From assembly GCA_964106915.2 (NCBI GenBank), contig OZ066919.1: a DNA stretch of 64,000 bases. The stretch is one strand, 5' to 3'. The position numbers were made by a program, and so were the translations under genes. Under the pieces are notes generated by a model, which saw nothing but the letters and a program-made list of their open reading frames with translations, ran no database searches and was not told the DNA's origin. Position 1 is the stretch's first letter; each line of letters opens with the position of its first letter. The DNA is from Podarcis gaigeae (Eukaryota). Below are positions 1 to 14,300 of this stretch, one piece after another.

Positions 1-3000
1 CCTTAGTGCCATGAGGTCCTGTGTCTCATGTGGATGACCTCTGAGGCGGTGCAGACTGGGCCTGAGCCTACACAAGGAGTGAAAGTGAAGTCCTCCATTT
101 TTCCTCTCTAGGAGGCTTAAGTACAATCACAGTGCTTTTGCTGGCTTAGTGTTGGCTCCCTGGGTGATTCTGCCACATCCCTGCAAATCTGCTGTAAGAT
201 GCAGAAAATCCACTCACTTTGGATGTTTGTAGAGTGCCCGGCATACGGAGCCAAGCTGGCTCATCAGACTAATGAGCTGGCAGGGATCCTTGTAGCATCG
301 TGGGTGGGTGTTGTGGGGAGAGTCTTCCAGGATATTTGTATCCTGCCTCCCACTTAATGAGCATGCAAGTTGCTGGGTGTGGTAGGAAGGTAAAGATTAC
401 CAGATCGAGGCACTAGGCTGGCATGCAAAGCTGTAAAGAAAAGCTGGGGAGCTTGACAGCTCTCACACAGAGAGAGAATAATAAACACATGAGCCCCGCA
501 ATATTGCACTGGGACTGAAGGAGCTCAGATGTGCTTGGGCAAGAATGTTGGCATGGCTTGCAGAGTGCCTGGAAGCACTGAACTCATTAGGTTACGTTAC
601 ATGATAGTTGGAGGGGAAGGCTGGGTGGGGCTGGGTGGCTGAGAGGGGAGAAAAACAAAAGAAGCTCTTTGTTCAGAACTTACAGGGTTCTCCAAATTCT
701 AGTGAGGAACAGACAATACTTCCTGATGATTCTTGAGGGTATTAGGGTGTGGAGATTTTGGAGGCTAGTGTTAATGACACTGTCTTGGCAACAGCAGCAT
801 AGTCCTATTGACAGAGGTTATAGTTCCCTGGAGGAAAACGTGTTTTGCATGCAGAATGCCCCAGGTTCAATAATTAGCATTTCCAACTGAAAAGATACCA
901 AGTGGAGAAAAAGAAGAACCTTGGACTGCCACTGCTAAGAGAGACAGTGCTGTCTATTGTGAGTTCTTCCCAAGGTCTACCTGTGTAGTTGCAAGAACAG
1001 CCATTCTGAAGTATAACATACAAACAAGTGGCATTATTTGCTTGTCTCAGCTCAAAAATGTTCAGAGAGGGTGATGTTCCATCAGCCCTGCCATAGTTTA
1101 CCCAAGTTAAAGTTCAATCCTATTTATTAAAGAAAAGGATACAGAGATGAAATAAAAAGAAAGATACATTTGTATTAAATATATGTAACTATGACAAGTT
1201 CATCGTTCAAATTTCCTGGGCCTCTCACCACTGTTAACATGTAGCATGTCTGCCAAACCATATTCTCATTTAATGAGCTCCTTCTCTCCTAGAATGTCCT
1301 TTATGAAGAAGGCTCGGTTCATTTCTCAGTTACCTGGAAATGTATCCCAAAAGCATTCTATAGTACAGCTGGAAAGAGAAACTTTGGGAGGAAGGAGTCA
1401 CAAATTGAACTGAACTGGTGGGGTGGGGGCGGCGGCAGACAGACCAAGACAGAGAACATTTGAATGGTCCATGCCAGGTAGGAAGGTGACAGTGCACTAG
1501 CAGACACAGATTGGATAACAGTCTCCTAAACATATGGACATTTTGGGAAACCCTAAGCAAGTTAATACCTTGCTATAGCTGATGAGTTACATTTTATGTA
1601 TGCTTTATTTTTATTTATTTTGCATATTTTGATTACTGATGTAGTGCTGGAAATGAAGAGCCCAAATCTCTGGTTTTAGGCACATCTATACCCTACCAAA
1701 TTCCATGGGTCTGATTATGCACCCCCTTATCCAAGTGATAGCCCAAAGTTCTTATTAATACAGAGCTTGCTTCAGGGAGAGGCAACTGCCACTTGCTGGG
1801 TTCTGTTCTACTCCAGCATGCCTAGAAGTGTGACTTCTGTGTGCCGCTTCTGTGGGCAGCATTGGCATCACCCTATCATACCTTCGGCAGCATGAATTTC
1901 CCTTGCATCTCCACTTCATTTCCAAGTTGCCTAACCAAGCACCAACATGGTGACAGCCACATTTTACATTTCTGGCTATATAACCATGCTGAGAGACGGG
2001 TCCTGTGAAGCCACATTTAGTGGAAACATTCAGTTAACACTGTCCTGGGGCCTCAGCAGATGTGCTTATAAGCTTGCCACCTGACCATTTATATGTCAAA
2101 TTCAGAAAAGAGTGGAGAGGCATCAGGAAATGGAAGGACCTTCCCCTTTGCTTTTGCAGTACCCTAGACTTGAAAGGAATCTTAAAAGCGAGATTTTTTT
2201 TTTTTAATTCTAGAGAGTTGCAGATTGGAAGGAGGCCCAAACTTCCTTGTTTGTTGCATTTCACCAGTTGGGCTCAGGCTCCCTGATGGTTTTGGTTACC
2301 CTAAGTAACACCATATTCTAGCTTAAAACATGGCGGGCAGGACTAGTAAGTGGCCTATGATGAACCACAGTGCCACAGAAAATGGGTCAGGGTGGCGAGC
2401 TCTGTGGAAGGGACAGATGGGCCACCACCCTATCTCGCATGTCAAAAACTCACAACCACAGAAAACATGAATTTTGGAATACCAACTAAATGCTCCTTTT
2501 TTTGATGTGGCAACCCAACTCCTCCTGTTCGGTGTACCTTTGTAAGAGTGGGGCCTAGATTTCTGCGTGCCTGGACCCTGCGTACCTGGGAGCCCTGCTG
2601 CTAAGTTCAAAAGTGAGAAAAAGGAGTGGGCTATTTAGAAGGCAGGGAGATGCATTCTGTATGCAGTCAAACCCGTTCCCTTGTTGCATCTTCACATGCT
2701 CCAGAGCCCACGGCTGAAAACGTGTGTATCCCATGGAGCTGAGCCCACAACGTTTAATATATGCGATTCTATTTATTTTATTTGCAATATGGTGTATACA
2801 GTTGACATTATGGGAAAATATCATGGCGACGAACAGCATAAAATCAACAATAACATGCGATTCACAAAACAAGTACGAAATACATCACAGATCGGCAGAG
2901 GAGGTCAATACATCGCCGGTTCACCCCTCAGGTGAGCATCATCACCACTGGGTGATGAGATTCATGCCTTGGCTGGAGTGCGTGTGTGATGAATGGGTAC

Positions 3001-3029
3001 TCCCCACCCCACCCCCTAGGATCTTCTCC

Positions 3030-3830
3030 TCTGATCGGGACTGAGAGCCGGCGAGGAACCTGTGATCTCCACCAATCCCGAAGACGCTCTCTCCGCGTTC
3101 CCTAATCTCCCACGTGACTTCTTGGAGAGCAGCCCCCCGTCCTGTTGCACTAAACGGGGCTGACGAGGGCGGCGGCGGCGGCGGAGACGGCGGCCCGGGG
3201 AGCGCGCTGGCTGGGAATGGCTGGCCGGAGCTGGCAGGGGCGGCGCTGAGCGCGCAGGAGGCGGAGCTGCCGGCGCGCCCAAGCAGGCCTGATCCGCTCC
3301 CCGGTGTGGGCGCCGCTCATCGTCCTGCCTGGGCTCCGCTGTGCTGCCCGGGATGGGGCGCAGGAGCCGCTGTTGCAGCTGGCCGGGCAGCCGCCCGCTC
3401 TGAGGCCGGGCCGGGCTGGGCTGGGGCCGGGGGAGCCGCCGCGCCGTCCCCTGAGCCGCCCGGCCCGGGCGCCGAGAAACAGCGGCACCACGAGCGCACG
3501 GCGCGGCCGGGAACGAGCAGGCGGTGAGCTGGAGCGAGCGGGGCCGAGCCGGGGAGGGAGTCCGCTGCTCGGGCGCGGGGAGCCCAGAGGGGCTGCACCC
3601 ATCGCGGGCGGGCGGGCGGGCGGGTGGGCGAAGAGAGAGACCCTGCCTTTGCGGCCGCCAGCCTCCTTTTGTTGTGGAGAAGGGGCTGGGTGTGTTCCCG
3701 GCAGGTCTTCCTCACACGGCTCCTCTCGGCGCCTCCATCACCCGCACCCACCTCCGGGGTTCAGGGGCGCATCCCCAGGCGGGGCGCTTCCTCCGGCACC
3801 TCAGCCATGTTTCGTCTGATCACCCACTCC
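3030..3830 (+). promoter_or_regulatory. B4GALT2: CpG island: B4GALT2 promoter and non-coding first exon (probable donor GCG|GTGAGC after 3523)
   Basis: Very GC- and CpG-rich block. CCAAT at about 3072, E-box CACGTGAC at 3111-3118, GC boxes, and a donor-like site at 3524. It is the only island upstream of the first coding exon. Confidence 0.75.
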
Positions 3831-6800
3831 TGGGCAAACTGGGCATTGTGTGGACCGATGGGCTTGGGCATAGGTGTGTCGAGAGGCGCGAATGGATGCT
3901 CTCGCGTGTACCAGTTCTCGGTGGTGTGCAGCGTAGATGCGTGTCTCTAGATAACAGTTGTGCACGGATGTCTGTTTACAAGCAGGTACGTGGGCGAGAG
4001 TAAAGGTGTGCCTCTGGCTGTCTGTCTGCGCGTATCTCTAGGATGCTGGCACTTGAGCCCCTCCCCCAGCCAGCCTCGCTCCCCCTCCCCCAAGATGGCT
4101 CCTGCACAATCCCCAAGGCGCTTCTTCGAGCAGAGAAAGGCTGGGGCTGTGTCTGGGCCGCCTGGGAATTGGGGAGGGGGGGCGCTCTGGCACCTGCTGC
4201 ACAAGCTTGTTCTCAGCCCCTCCGCCTCTGGGCCGGATCACTTTTGAGGTTCTTCTACCCGTTTGAGGTTCCTGACAAGACGGGGGATTTCCTGTTCCAG
4301 GCAGGGGGATCCGTGGAGAAACAATGTAGCCTTTCTCTTAGGAAAAGGGAAGGGGCAGCTGCTTTTAGGAACGAGGGGCCTCACAGCCAAGGCAGCCCAG
4401 GCGGAAAATAATGGAGCTTGTATATGTTTACCAGGCTGTGTGCTCTGTGTGGAACAGAATGGCCTTGTTGCTGTCTTTTGGATCAGTTTTGCAAAAAAAG
4501 AAGAGAGGAATAAACACACACACACACAACAGCAACCCTTGGCTGGCATCCACTTACCTTTCCCAGAGCTTCCCCATGGGCTTCTCTTCAGCCAACTGGT
4601 TTTGTTGCCCCTTGGGAGCCCCTATGGGACTAGGGGCTAGCACTATATATAGCCTAGAAATGTGTGTGCCTGGGAAGCAGGGGGCTCTGTGCTGCCTGTG
4701 CCTTCCTGCAGGCACCATTTACGAATGTTTCACTTTCCTGTTTTCACAGTTGGTAGATAGGTAACTTTCCAAAACAGGTAACTGTTAGGGATGCTTATGC
4801 CAAGTCAGGTCAGCAAGGAACATTATTGACCCGAGACTATGTTTTCTGACTCCAGTTAAAACCTGGATATTTTTTAATGTCCACAAATTGTATAAACATT
4901 GGTGTCTGCTCTCTGGTGATCATCAGGCAGAAGACAAGACTGAATTTCCAGATAAATTATTCACAGCCAAGAAGCAGCCCAGCTGCAGTCTGGCTCCATT
5001 AGTGGATTGTTAACATTGCAAAAGCCCATCTCTCCAGCTTTGCTAACTTGTATTTTGCACAGCTTGCCTGCACTCTGTTTGTACAATGGGATATCCAGCT
5101 ACATACTTAATCGAGGGGAAAGGAATGGAGAGACTCCTGTGAGGCAGGCAGACCTGGGATGCCATCTCATTTAAGAGGCTGCTGTAGATAATATCCTAGG
5201 AATAAGATGGTGGCTAATGGGCTCCTGCAATGTGTACTAGCTTCACAAATAGTCTTTCTTGCCCCAGAGATGAGCTGTCTCTGACACACGGGCCAAGTTG
5301 CCACTTAAGCAGTTTCTGGCTTCTACCTCTGTTTCTCATCCTCTTGTGTGAGAGGAGGCATGGGGTTTTCTTGAATGCAGTGGATGTAGGTTGGCCAAGG
5401 AAGTATCTGAGGATGAACTCGGGGACCAGCAAAGCTCCTGGGAGGAGATAATTATATTCCTTTGGCACCCACTCCACTAGCCAGAGTGCAGCAAAGCCAA
5501 AATTTTGAAGGAATTACATGATGGACTACAATTTTACCAGGCCCAGCTAGCATGTGCCATCTAGGGCTGTTTGGGAGTTATAGTTCAAAACTTTGGAGGG
5601 TGCTATGTTGACAAGGGCTGCTTTAGGACAAGAGACATCTGGTTGACAGGTAAAACATAGTGGTTCTAGGATGCCAATGTGTATCCACATATTCTGTTTT
5701 GAGATATTTTGTTCCTTAAGAGGAGCCATCTTATTGTGAACAAGGATGTGTCTGGACTGGTTTTCTTAATCTTCAGGTTCCCAGTGGCAGACTTTGGATC
5801 CCCAAATTTCAGTGGCACCCTGTGTGATGCTAAACTTTGGTTCCCCCCTCTCATGTCCCATTCTACATCACTGTTGTGGTGCCCCCCCGTAGTGCCAGTG
5901 CCTAGTGTGGCCAAACTGGCTGCGCTACCTTAAAACTACCTCTGAGGTTCCCCACACCCTTCCATTTAAGCAAGGCCTTATTATCTTCACCACGAATAGA
6001 GCAAACTCTGGTGAGGTTATTCATCCAGCAGACTCAGCAAGGCACTGGGATGCTGTCCTGGCACACGTTCTGAGAAATGGCTACTTTTGAGATTCCAGCT
6101 CTGCAATGTGGTTGGAGTAGAGCAAGTGCACCCGGCCCATTGCGAACCGTTAGGAAGCTACATGGCCCTGAGACCAGTGTGATGTGCTCTGCAGCCCGCT
6201 CCTGCTTGGAGCATGACCCATATACAGCAGTGGTGCTGGTGTCGGTTGGTTTGTCAAGGAAGCTGCAAATTTGTACAGGGCTTCATTCATTCCCTGAACC
6301 ATCAGAATGCCCCTGGCTATGTTGTCTTCTGCTCTTGAGCTCTCCTTAGTGTATGCTTTGTTGGGTGTGCCGTAGTGGCAGGTGAGATGTGTGAATCTCT
6401 GGAATGGGAATTGTTGCTTCAGCTCAGATGTTTATATTGTTCCTCTCATTGCACTTTCCTCACTGTGTCCTGGAGCAAGTAAGTAGGGTGTTTGGGACAT
6501 GCAAGGTTAAAATTAAATGAGAGTGCCTTATAAATCCTTTTTCCACTCTGCTGCATTCACAATAAACATACTTAGGGGCATTACTAGGACTTTAAAATAC
6601 TCAGGGCACATGCCCATGATATATATTTGCATATGTTAATTTCCGTTCATGTGTAGGTGTAAATTTAGGCTCTCTTTCAAAGGGAAAGCTAGCCTGCAAG
6701 CAAAATGGTTTTGGGGGAAAAAAGAGAGCGGGGCAAGAGATCTAGGACCTAGTGCAAAAGATCCAGGACTCAAGACTTCTGTTCTATCCCCCATATAATG

Positions 6801-7487
6801 TCCCAGCATGTATTTCAGAAGTTGTGAAAAGCTGTGGTTTGTGTGCCAGGGTGAACACTGTCGTTTTAGTTCAACTCTTTTCAACCCCTAGCTCACAGCT
6901 GATATAAAAACTCCCTGCACATAGAAATGTGGGTGTTTGGGAGAAATCCATGCTTTCCCTGACATTTACGGTACATTACTTTGTGGGTGCATTTTTCCCC
7001 ATGGGAAAGCATTCAACCTCGCTCCAAACCTTCAGGTCAGATGATAGATCTTTAGGAATAGTGTTACAATTTAATCTGTTGGTTGTGTGATCTAGACCTG
7101 GATGAAGTGAAGATTCCTATCCATTAGGGTTGCATCCAAAGCAGCATCAACAGAGTCCTGCTGGCAACAGTGGCACTTCTGTTTCTTCTCCTACCCCTGG
7201 TGTTCCCCCAAAATCTTCTCCAGAGGGTTCCCCAATCCTCCAGAGCTGATTTTGAGAGTGTATGTGGAGCTGAATGGGAGAGGAGGTTCCATTCCATTAG
7301 CACAAGGTCTTTTGTACCAGTGGAACAGGAGCGTTGGACACTGCCCACAGTCATTGTGAATTTGGAGGCAGAAGGAAGTAGTGATGATCAACTGATTGTT
7401 GTAAAATGAATACAGGAGTGTTTTCTTGTGCATACATATTTTGGAAAGAGTGACTACTCCCACACCCACCACCAAAAATTTATTCTG

Positions 7488-7640
7488 ACAGCTCAATTAA
7501 AAGAGCATGAGACTCATAATCTCAGGGTCATGGTCAAGGGTTCAAGCCCCATGTTGGGTGAAAGATTCCATTGCAGGTGGTTGGACTAGAATAGATGATC
7601 CTCGTGGTCCCTTCCAACTCTACAATTCTATGATTCTGTT
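7488..7640 (+). mobile_element. tRNA-derived SINE with CR1-type 3' tail
   Basis: tRNA-like head (agctca...agagcatgagactcataatctcagggtc...ggttcaagcccc) and tail ggtcccttccaactctacaattctatgattct. Confidence 0.75.
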
Positions 7641-8055
7641 ATTCACTGCCTCCCGATGTACGGAGAGAGTTATTGGCTTCTTCCCTTTTTGTGAGGGTCA
7701 TAGAACTCTATAGTGCAGTAGTAAGGCAGAAAGTCTGCTGTTTCAGTCACAAAGGATGAAAGAGATTTTATGGGATTAAGGTATGTGGGTGAATGTACTG
7801 AATATGCAGCTGTCTAACGTGCTAAATGCTTTGTGATTAGCCCAGCATTTGCCTGAATGAAACAGCTTATTATAACTTTCCTCTGTATTAAGCTGAGAGC
7901 CAGATGCTTTGTCCTGGTGCCTGAAGTAGTTACTTGAAAACTCCTATTTCCTTCCATCAATGGCAGTGAGTGCAGTGAAATGTTTGACTTTGGCATAAGG
8001 TAAGACTCCAAATAAATAAATCTATTGTTATAGAGACTTTATTCTTCTTCTAACA

Positions 8056-8190
8056 CAGGGATGCAGAACCCCTGGCCCTCCAGATGTTTCTGAACTACCC
8101 ATCAGCCCCAGCGCAGAAATGGACAGTGGACAGGGATGATGGGTGTTATATTTCAGCAACATCAGGAGGGCCAAAAGTTCTCCACCCCTG
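8056..8190. mobile_element. Short non-autonomous hAT-type MITE
   Basis: CAGGG...CCCTG ends, internal palindrome (ccctccagatgtt...aacatcaggaggg), near-perfect 8-bp TSD ttctaaca/ttctaaga. Confidence 0.75.
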
Positions 8191-9588
8191 TTCTAAGAAA
8201 ACCTACTTACACACAGTCCCATGTTCAGTACTTCCTAACATTTCAAACAGCTAGAATGAATTAAAGGAGCAGGTTTATTATTATTTTTAAGCTGATATTT
8301 CATGCACAGTAACTTGAGATGATGATGATGATGATATATTTATACCCTGCACTTTTCCCTCACAGGGATTGTGAAGGTCTAGGCGGGGAAACAAAAATAT
8401 TTGGAGGGGATACCCAGTTCCACACCAAAAAGCCTTATCCTGCCCCCTAAAGTGAAAAAATAGGCTTATGAAACATTTTCTTTTGGAATGGTGGATAGAG
8501 TTTTACTCCCCAAAATGATTTCTAAAAACTTCATAATAGGAAGACTTTTATGTAAGACTTTGTACAGTACAAGATCCTTACAATATTATTCCTGTACACT
8601 TAGAATAAGCAGGTCAGGAGTTGCACACTGAAAGCACAATTCTCAAATGCAAAAGCAAATTGCATTGCTACCTCTGTGAGGCACTGCAATTGACATGTGA
8701 AAGATCCAGTTACTTTGCTTGTGGGCTTCCTCTTGTTGGCACAGTTGTTGGGTTTGTGTCTGTCCTCTTGCCTGGGCCTCAAAGGACTGTGGGTGTGAGT
8801 GGAGAAAGTAGAGGTTTTAGAAGTCTCTGATAAATATGATGACAGATATTAAGAAGTGGAAACTGATGACAATAGCTCTGAAAATGAGACTGATTAAATT
8901 CCATGTAATATCCATTGAGTCTTGGTCACCCTCTTTCCCCCTCTCAGTTCTTTTTATGGAATTGAGTGCTTTATGTCTGCTTGACACTGGAGGTCTGGAG
9001 GAGACAATAATATTCTTTGTCTTGCTATCATGTTGATGATTCATTCTCTCTGTATAGTGTTTTGCCTGCTCCTCATAAACTGGTAGAACCAAAGAGATGC
9101 TAGGTTCCTTACAGCCTTCTCGACCATTTGGCCCACTATTGGTCTCTTCTGCTGAACATATTGGAGCCTGTCTTTGCATACAGGGAAAGTCCTTAACTTA
9201 CTGAGGATTTGAGATCCATTGGCCACCCTTACCTGGTTTAGCCAGCCAGTTGAAGCCATTTCCTGGAGTGTGCCACTGTCACATTCTGACAGCCTATAGG
9301 AGCCACAGGTGAGAGCTGAGTGCAGGGTGGGAACCAAATGTGGACAAACTTTCCCAGAAAGAGCTTTACAACTCCCCTGCCAGAGGTACACCCCTCAATC
9401 TGCATAGTGCATTAAAAAAGTATTGCAAATGTTTCAGGGTCCCCAGAAATGTCTGTTTTGAGGTAGTGGTGGGAAAAACCCTGGGTTTTTAAATCATGGC
9501 TTCAATATTTCCAGAAAATTTACTTCTCTAGTTAGACCTTAGACTCCTTGGGAATCCTGAGAGTGCCATCCTAACCATTCCTATTCAG

Positions 9589-9915
9589 AAGTAAAGGTAC
9601 CCTTGACCATTAGGTCCAGTCGTGTACAACTCTGGGGTTGCAGCGCTCATCTCGCTCTATAGGCCAAGGGAGCCAGTGTTTGTCTGCAGACAGCTTCCAA
9701 GTCATGTGGCCAGCATGACTAAGCCGCTTTGGGCAAAACCAGAGCAGTGTAAGGAAAGTCGTTTACCTTCCTGCCGGAGCAGCACCTATTTATCTACTTG
9801 CACTTTGATGTGCTTTCAACAGCCTATAGGAGCTGGAACCGAACAACGGGAGCTCACCCAATTGTGGGGATTCAAACTGCCGACCTTTCGATTGGCAAGC
9901 CCTAGGGTCACGCGT
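9589..9915 (+). mobile_element. Sauria SINE
   Basis: Characteristic blocks gtaaaggtacccttgaccattaggtccagtcgtg, gtcatgtggccagcatgact, cacctatttatctacttgcac and gggagctcaccc. Confidence 0.85.
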
Positions 9916-11079
9916 CCTTCTATTCAGAAGTAAGTCCTATTAAACACAGTGGGGCTTACTCAGATAATTGGGGCTAGGAGTGCAGCCCTGCTCTGCATTC
10001 TGTTCTTTCTGCCTGCTTTCTGCTATTATCCTACAAATTCGTTTTCACAGATGGGGTGGGGAGAGATCCTGCTGATAAGGATAAGATCAGATACTCTTCA
10101 CATGTGTGCAATTGTGCCTTAGATCCAGCTTGCCTTTTTTTATCCCCTCCACACACAAAAAAGAGACTCCAGCATGGGATGGCAGGATTTCAAAGTGAAA
10201 GTGGAACAGCCCCTCTTAAATAAAGCTCCTGTTGAGAATTGTTCCCTTCCAAATGCTGTGGAACTGGTGCCTTTTTCTGATAAGAGGTGTGATGATGGGT
10301 GATTGATCTGTGTTATCTGTCATGTCTGTGTGTGCAGGATGTAGGTCTTGGAGGGAGCAAAGGATAATTGAATACAGAAAAGGGGGCGTAGGGGGTGCTG
10401 TTCTGGTGTGGTAAAGGTCTAGTTCCAGAGCTGGTATCTGAGTTGCTGTTGGAGAGATAAGACAGGCCCTGGTCCCTGGAAAGGGATGCACTGCCTAACT
10501 TGGATCATTCCCCTCTTGATTCCTGTGTCTGCCCTCCCCAAAGCTCAAGGGACATCTGCCCTTCTTTCATTTCTGATGTTAAGGGCAGGAGGATATCAGT
10601 GCTGGCAAGTGGGAAGCCCTCTCCTTCCTTCTTAATAACCCCTTGTTGAGTGCCAGCCCTTCATCTCTTTTGTTTTTGTTTCTTTGTCTGGACTGCTTCT
10701 TGCCCATTTGCCAACATTTCTTCTTTATAGGGGGGGATAGAATGTCAGGAGAGTTATTAGATTGAAAAAGCTCATCTACTTAGACTGGAATCAATGCCAT
10801 AGCGTAAGCATGCATAGTCATTCTGCAGGTTGTGGGTGATGGTAGTGATAGGATGGCCACCCTTTCCCCATGAAACATGCCCAAAATTCATGGGGAAGAC
10901 AGAAAGGGTAGTACTCGCTTGCCTTTAACACACTGTGCTCTTATGAGAGTGATTGGTGGGTGCTGCTGGTAGGGAAGGTGTATTTGCTGACCCCTCCATC
11001 TTTCCCAAACAGGCTTGGTGCCTGGGCCAGAGCCCCCTACACTGTGCCCCCCTGATGCTGGCTGGCCTGTGCCCAGAAG

Positions 11080-11389
11080 ATGAGCAGATTGCTGGTGGGA
11101 GTGACCCTGGAGAGGATCTGCAAAGCTGTGCTGCTCTTATGTTTACTGCACTTCCTCATCATCATGATCCTCTACTTTGATGTCTACGCCCAGCGTCTGG
11201 ACTTTTTCAGCCGCTTCAATATGCGCAACTCCTCCCGCACTCTGCCCTACGTCAACGTCTCTCGGCCTAACGGGACTGCCGGGCCTCTGGGCCCTGAGCT
11301 CCTGGCCCCGAGTGTGAAGTCCGTCAGTATGAACAGCACTGTCACCGAGAAGCCCTTACCACCTTGCCCAGAGATGCCTCCTGGCCTAG
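11080..11389 (+). CDS. B4GALT2: B4GALT2 coding exon 1 (exon starts 11013)
   Basis: Acceptor AG at 11011-11012, ATG at 11080, donor TAG|GTAAGA. Encodes the TM anchor and stem. Confidence 0.95.
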
Positions 11390-14300
11390 GTAAGATTACA
11401 GATGAGCTCTGTCTGCCTCATGCCATGTCCTACAGAAGGCCCTTTAGTGGGGAAACTGTATTGCAGTTATTGGGTTTATTTGTGCCCTGCTTGCCACCTG
11501 CTGTTTCCCTGTCAATGCAAATATGTCAAGTGGCTTTGGCCCCTGATAATAGGAGCTAGAAGATCTAGGAATCTGCAGAACAGGCATGGTATTGCAAATC
11601 ATAGGCTCCAATAGCCTCTACCATTGGAGCCAATCCTGCAGTGGAAAAACAGTTGGGAATATGTGGACAGTATTTGTTGAAAGCTGGCAAACTGAATAGT
11701 GTTTTTAGTATATTTACAGTGATCAGATAGCAGATTTTTTAATTCCTTTTTTGCCATGGCAACTCCTTGTCTCTTTCCCAGCCCCACTGTACCTAGCTGG
11801 TGCCTTTCTGCAAGTGGGCTACAAGTAATTGGGGAAAGGGCTCAGCTTCTGCACAGACACGGCTTAGTAGGGGCTACAAGGGTTAGCTCCTTCTTATGCT
11901 GATCTCTTCGAATGAATGCATGAAGTAGACCAGCTTTCACTCACCTGATGCCCTCCAGATGTATTGGACTACAACATGGCTGCTGCTGCTGAAACTTGTA
12001 GCACAAAAACATCAGGAGAGCAATTGATTGGTGAAGACCAAAGTAGACCATCTCCTCACCCTAGGGGGTAAAACATTTAAGGCATAGAGAACTTAATACC
12101 CTTATTCCTGACAGGTGGATAAAGAGTTGAAGCACAAGCTTTGGTATTGATATTTAACTGGGGCGGCTAAAACTTTTATTAAACAATGCAATCTGCAACG
12201 AGCAACAACCTTTCCTGTTAACTCTGAATCACTTAGCTGGGTATTCAAGTTAACTCTGCTTTGACTGATTGCTGTCTCTATGCTTGATACATGTTTCGGT
12301 ATTTAGGTTTCTTCGCTGATTTTTTTCTGGGCAGTGCGCCACCAACTTGGCTGGTGAAAGGGACATGAGCTGTTTGTGTAAGTCAAGAGGCTGTGGCTGA
12401 TGCATAGATAATGGAGTCCTTTCTCCTGCAGTGGGCCGGCTCCTTATCGAGTTCAGCACTCCCATGAGCATGGAGCGGGTGCAACGGGAAAACCCAGATG
12501 TGCGGGAGGGCGGCAAGTATTCTCCCCCAGACTGTGTGCCTCGCCAGAAGGTGGCCATCCTCATTCCGTTCCGGCACCGGGAGCACCACCTCAAGTACTG
12601 GCTGCACTACCTGCACCCGATTCTACGGCGCCAGAAGGTGTCTTACGGCATCTATATAATTAACCAGGTGCGTAGAGAATGATAATGTGAAGCAGTGGTG
12701 CAGTTGGGTCATTGAGTATTCTGGACTGAATGGTCTCATGGGCATCCCCTTCAGATGGTAATGTGCATTACTTCAAAATACGGTATTCCAGCCCTGCTGT
12801 GCTCCGAAGCAGAAGGAGTAGAGCCTGGATATCTGACCCAACGCTCTGTCCTAATGGCACCACTGATGTGGAAGAGAGCAAGATGGTTGGGTTTAGAACA
12901 TAGTGCCATCTGGTTCCCTTGAGAGGAACCTGATTAGGGAAAGTGGTATGTTAGTTTTCATGAATATATGCCTCTCTGTTCTGAGTGGAAGCAAAGGCTT
13001 CCTGCTTTGTGGGGGAAGTTGAGTGTGGGCCTTACAATGCACCATGAACTTTGCACCTATGGTAAGTGTGGAATGTGATGTAGATGCTTCTCACTTGCTT
13101 CTTGTTTAAGAAAAAATCAGGCCTGCTCTCTGACATGACGATAAACCTGAAATACAGTTGATGGGACTTTGCAAGATCTATAAAGGGAGATATAACAGTT
13201 CTAGAAAAAAATAAGAAAAATAGGAGAATGTTATTCACAATGAAATGTAACAAGCGAGAGGTCAGCCAGATGCATCAGGTAAGAGTAAAAGGGTTTGTGG
13301 CAGTTGATGTGATCCTGTCCTTCATTATCTTTCCGTACAGTTTGGTGAAGACACCTTTAACCGAGCTAAGCTGTTGAATGTGGGCTTCCTAGAAGCCCTT
13401 CGAGATGATGAGAGCTATGACTGCTTCATCTTCAGCGATGTTGACCTGGTGCCCATGGATGACCGGAATCTCTATCGCTGTTATGACCAACCCCGGCACT
13501 TTGCTGTTGCCATGGATAAGTTTGGCTTCCGGTGAGTTTGTGCACTTTGATCTTTTTTGAAATGCCAGTGGCCCCTTGAAAATGTTCAGAGTGTCAGAAG
13601 CAAAATTGAAGGAGGAATATATGACTTTATTGCACACATAACTTATTGGCTCTCATTCTGTGTGGCTTGGACATTGTGGGGACCTGCAAGCTGTGAAATG
13701 TGTTTCTTAACTAGATTGCAGTACAGGAACCTCCCCCATTCTTAAGACTACCATGTCACATTTCTTCATAATTTGCAGGGGTTTTGTACTTAAAAGTGGG
13801 GATATACAACGGCTTTGGATGAATCCCAAGCCAAAGCAGGGTGCTTTGCAGGGATTCTGGGATTGTCTGAGACAAAGTGGAACCTCTTCAAGGATCCAGA
13901 GACAAAGTGGGGAGTTCCCAAAGTGCCTCATGGCACCGTGACAACTCTGACAATTGTCTGCTGAAAGCAAAACTAATGTAGCTAACCTTAGTGTATAAGG
14001 AAAACACAAGGGGTGTGGAACGGCAGAAGTAGAACAAATGCCATGGTAAGGGGGGCGGGATTCTGCTGTGATGTGACTGACAGATCAAGCTTGTAACCAG
14101 AGGGAATGAGTTCACCTGGAGTCTTCAACCCCAGTGCTTTGTGAGGAGGAAAGGAAATCCACTTTAGTTCTGTCCCCTGCCTCCCAAGATCAACTTTAAA
14201 AGCCCCTAGTTCACAAAAGTTGAACCAATTTGTCTGCCATTGGCAAGTTTCATACCTAGGGAAACCTCTTTTGTGTCTGGTTTCCAAACAATTGCCCTCA

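Noticed and set aside
1-3000. Possible 3' end of the upstream neighbour (ATP6V0B in mammals)
   Set aside because: No recognisable coding exon. The AATAAA hexamers near 480 and 1150 cannot be assigned from sequence alone.
3016-4411. Many overlapping 100-170 aa ORFs on both strands
   Set aside because: Artefacts of the GC-rich CpG island (few stops, Ala/Gly/Pro/Arg-rich). An N-terminal extension of B4GALT2 is excluded by an in-frame TGA at 11053-11055.
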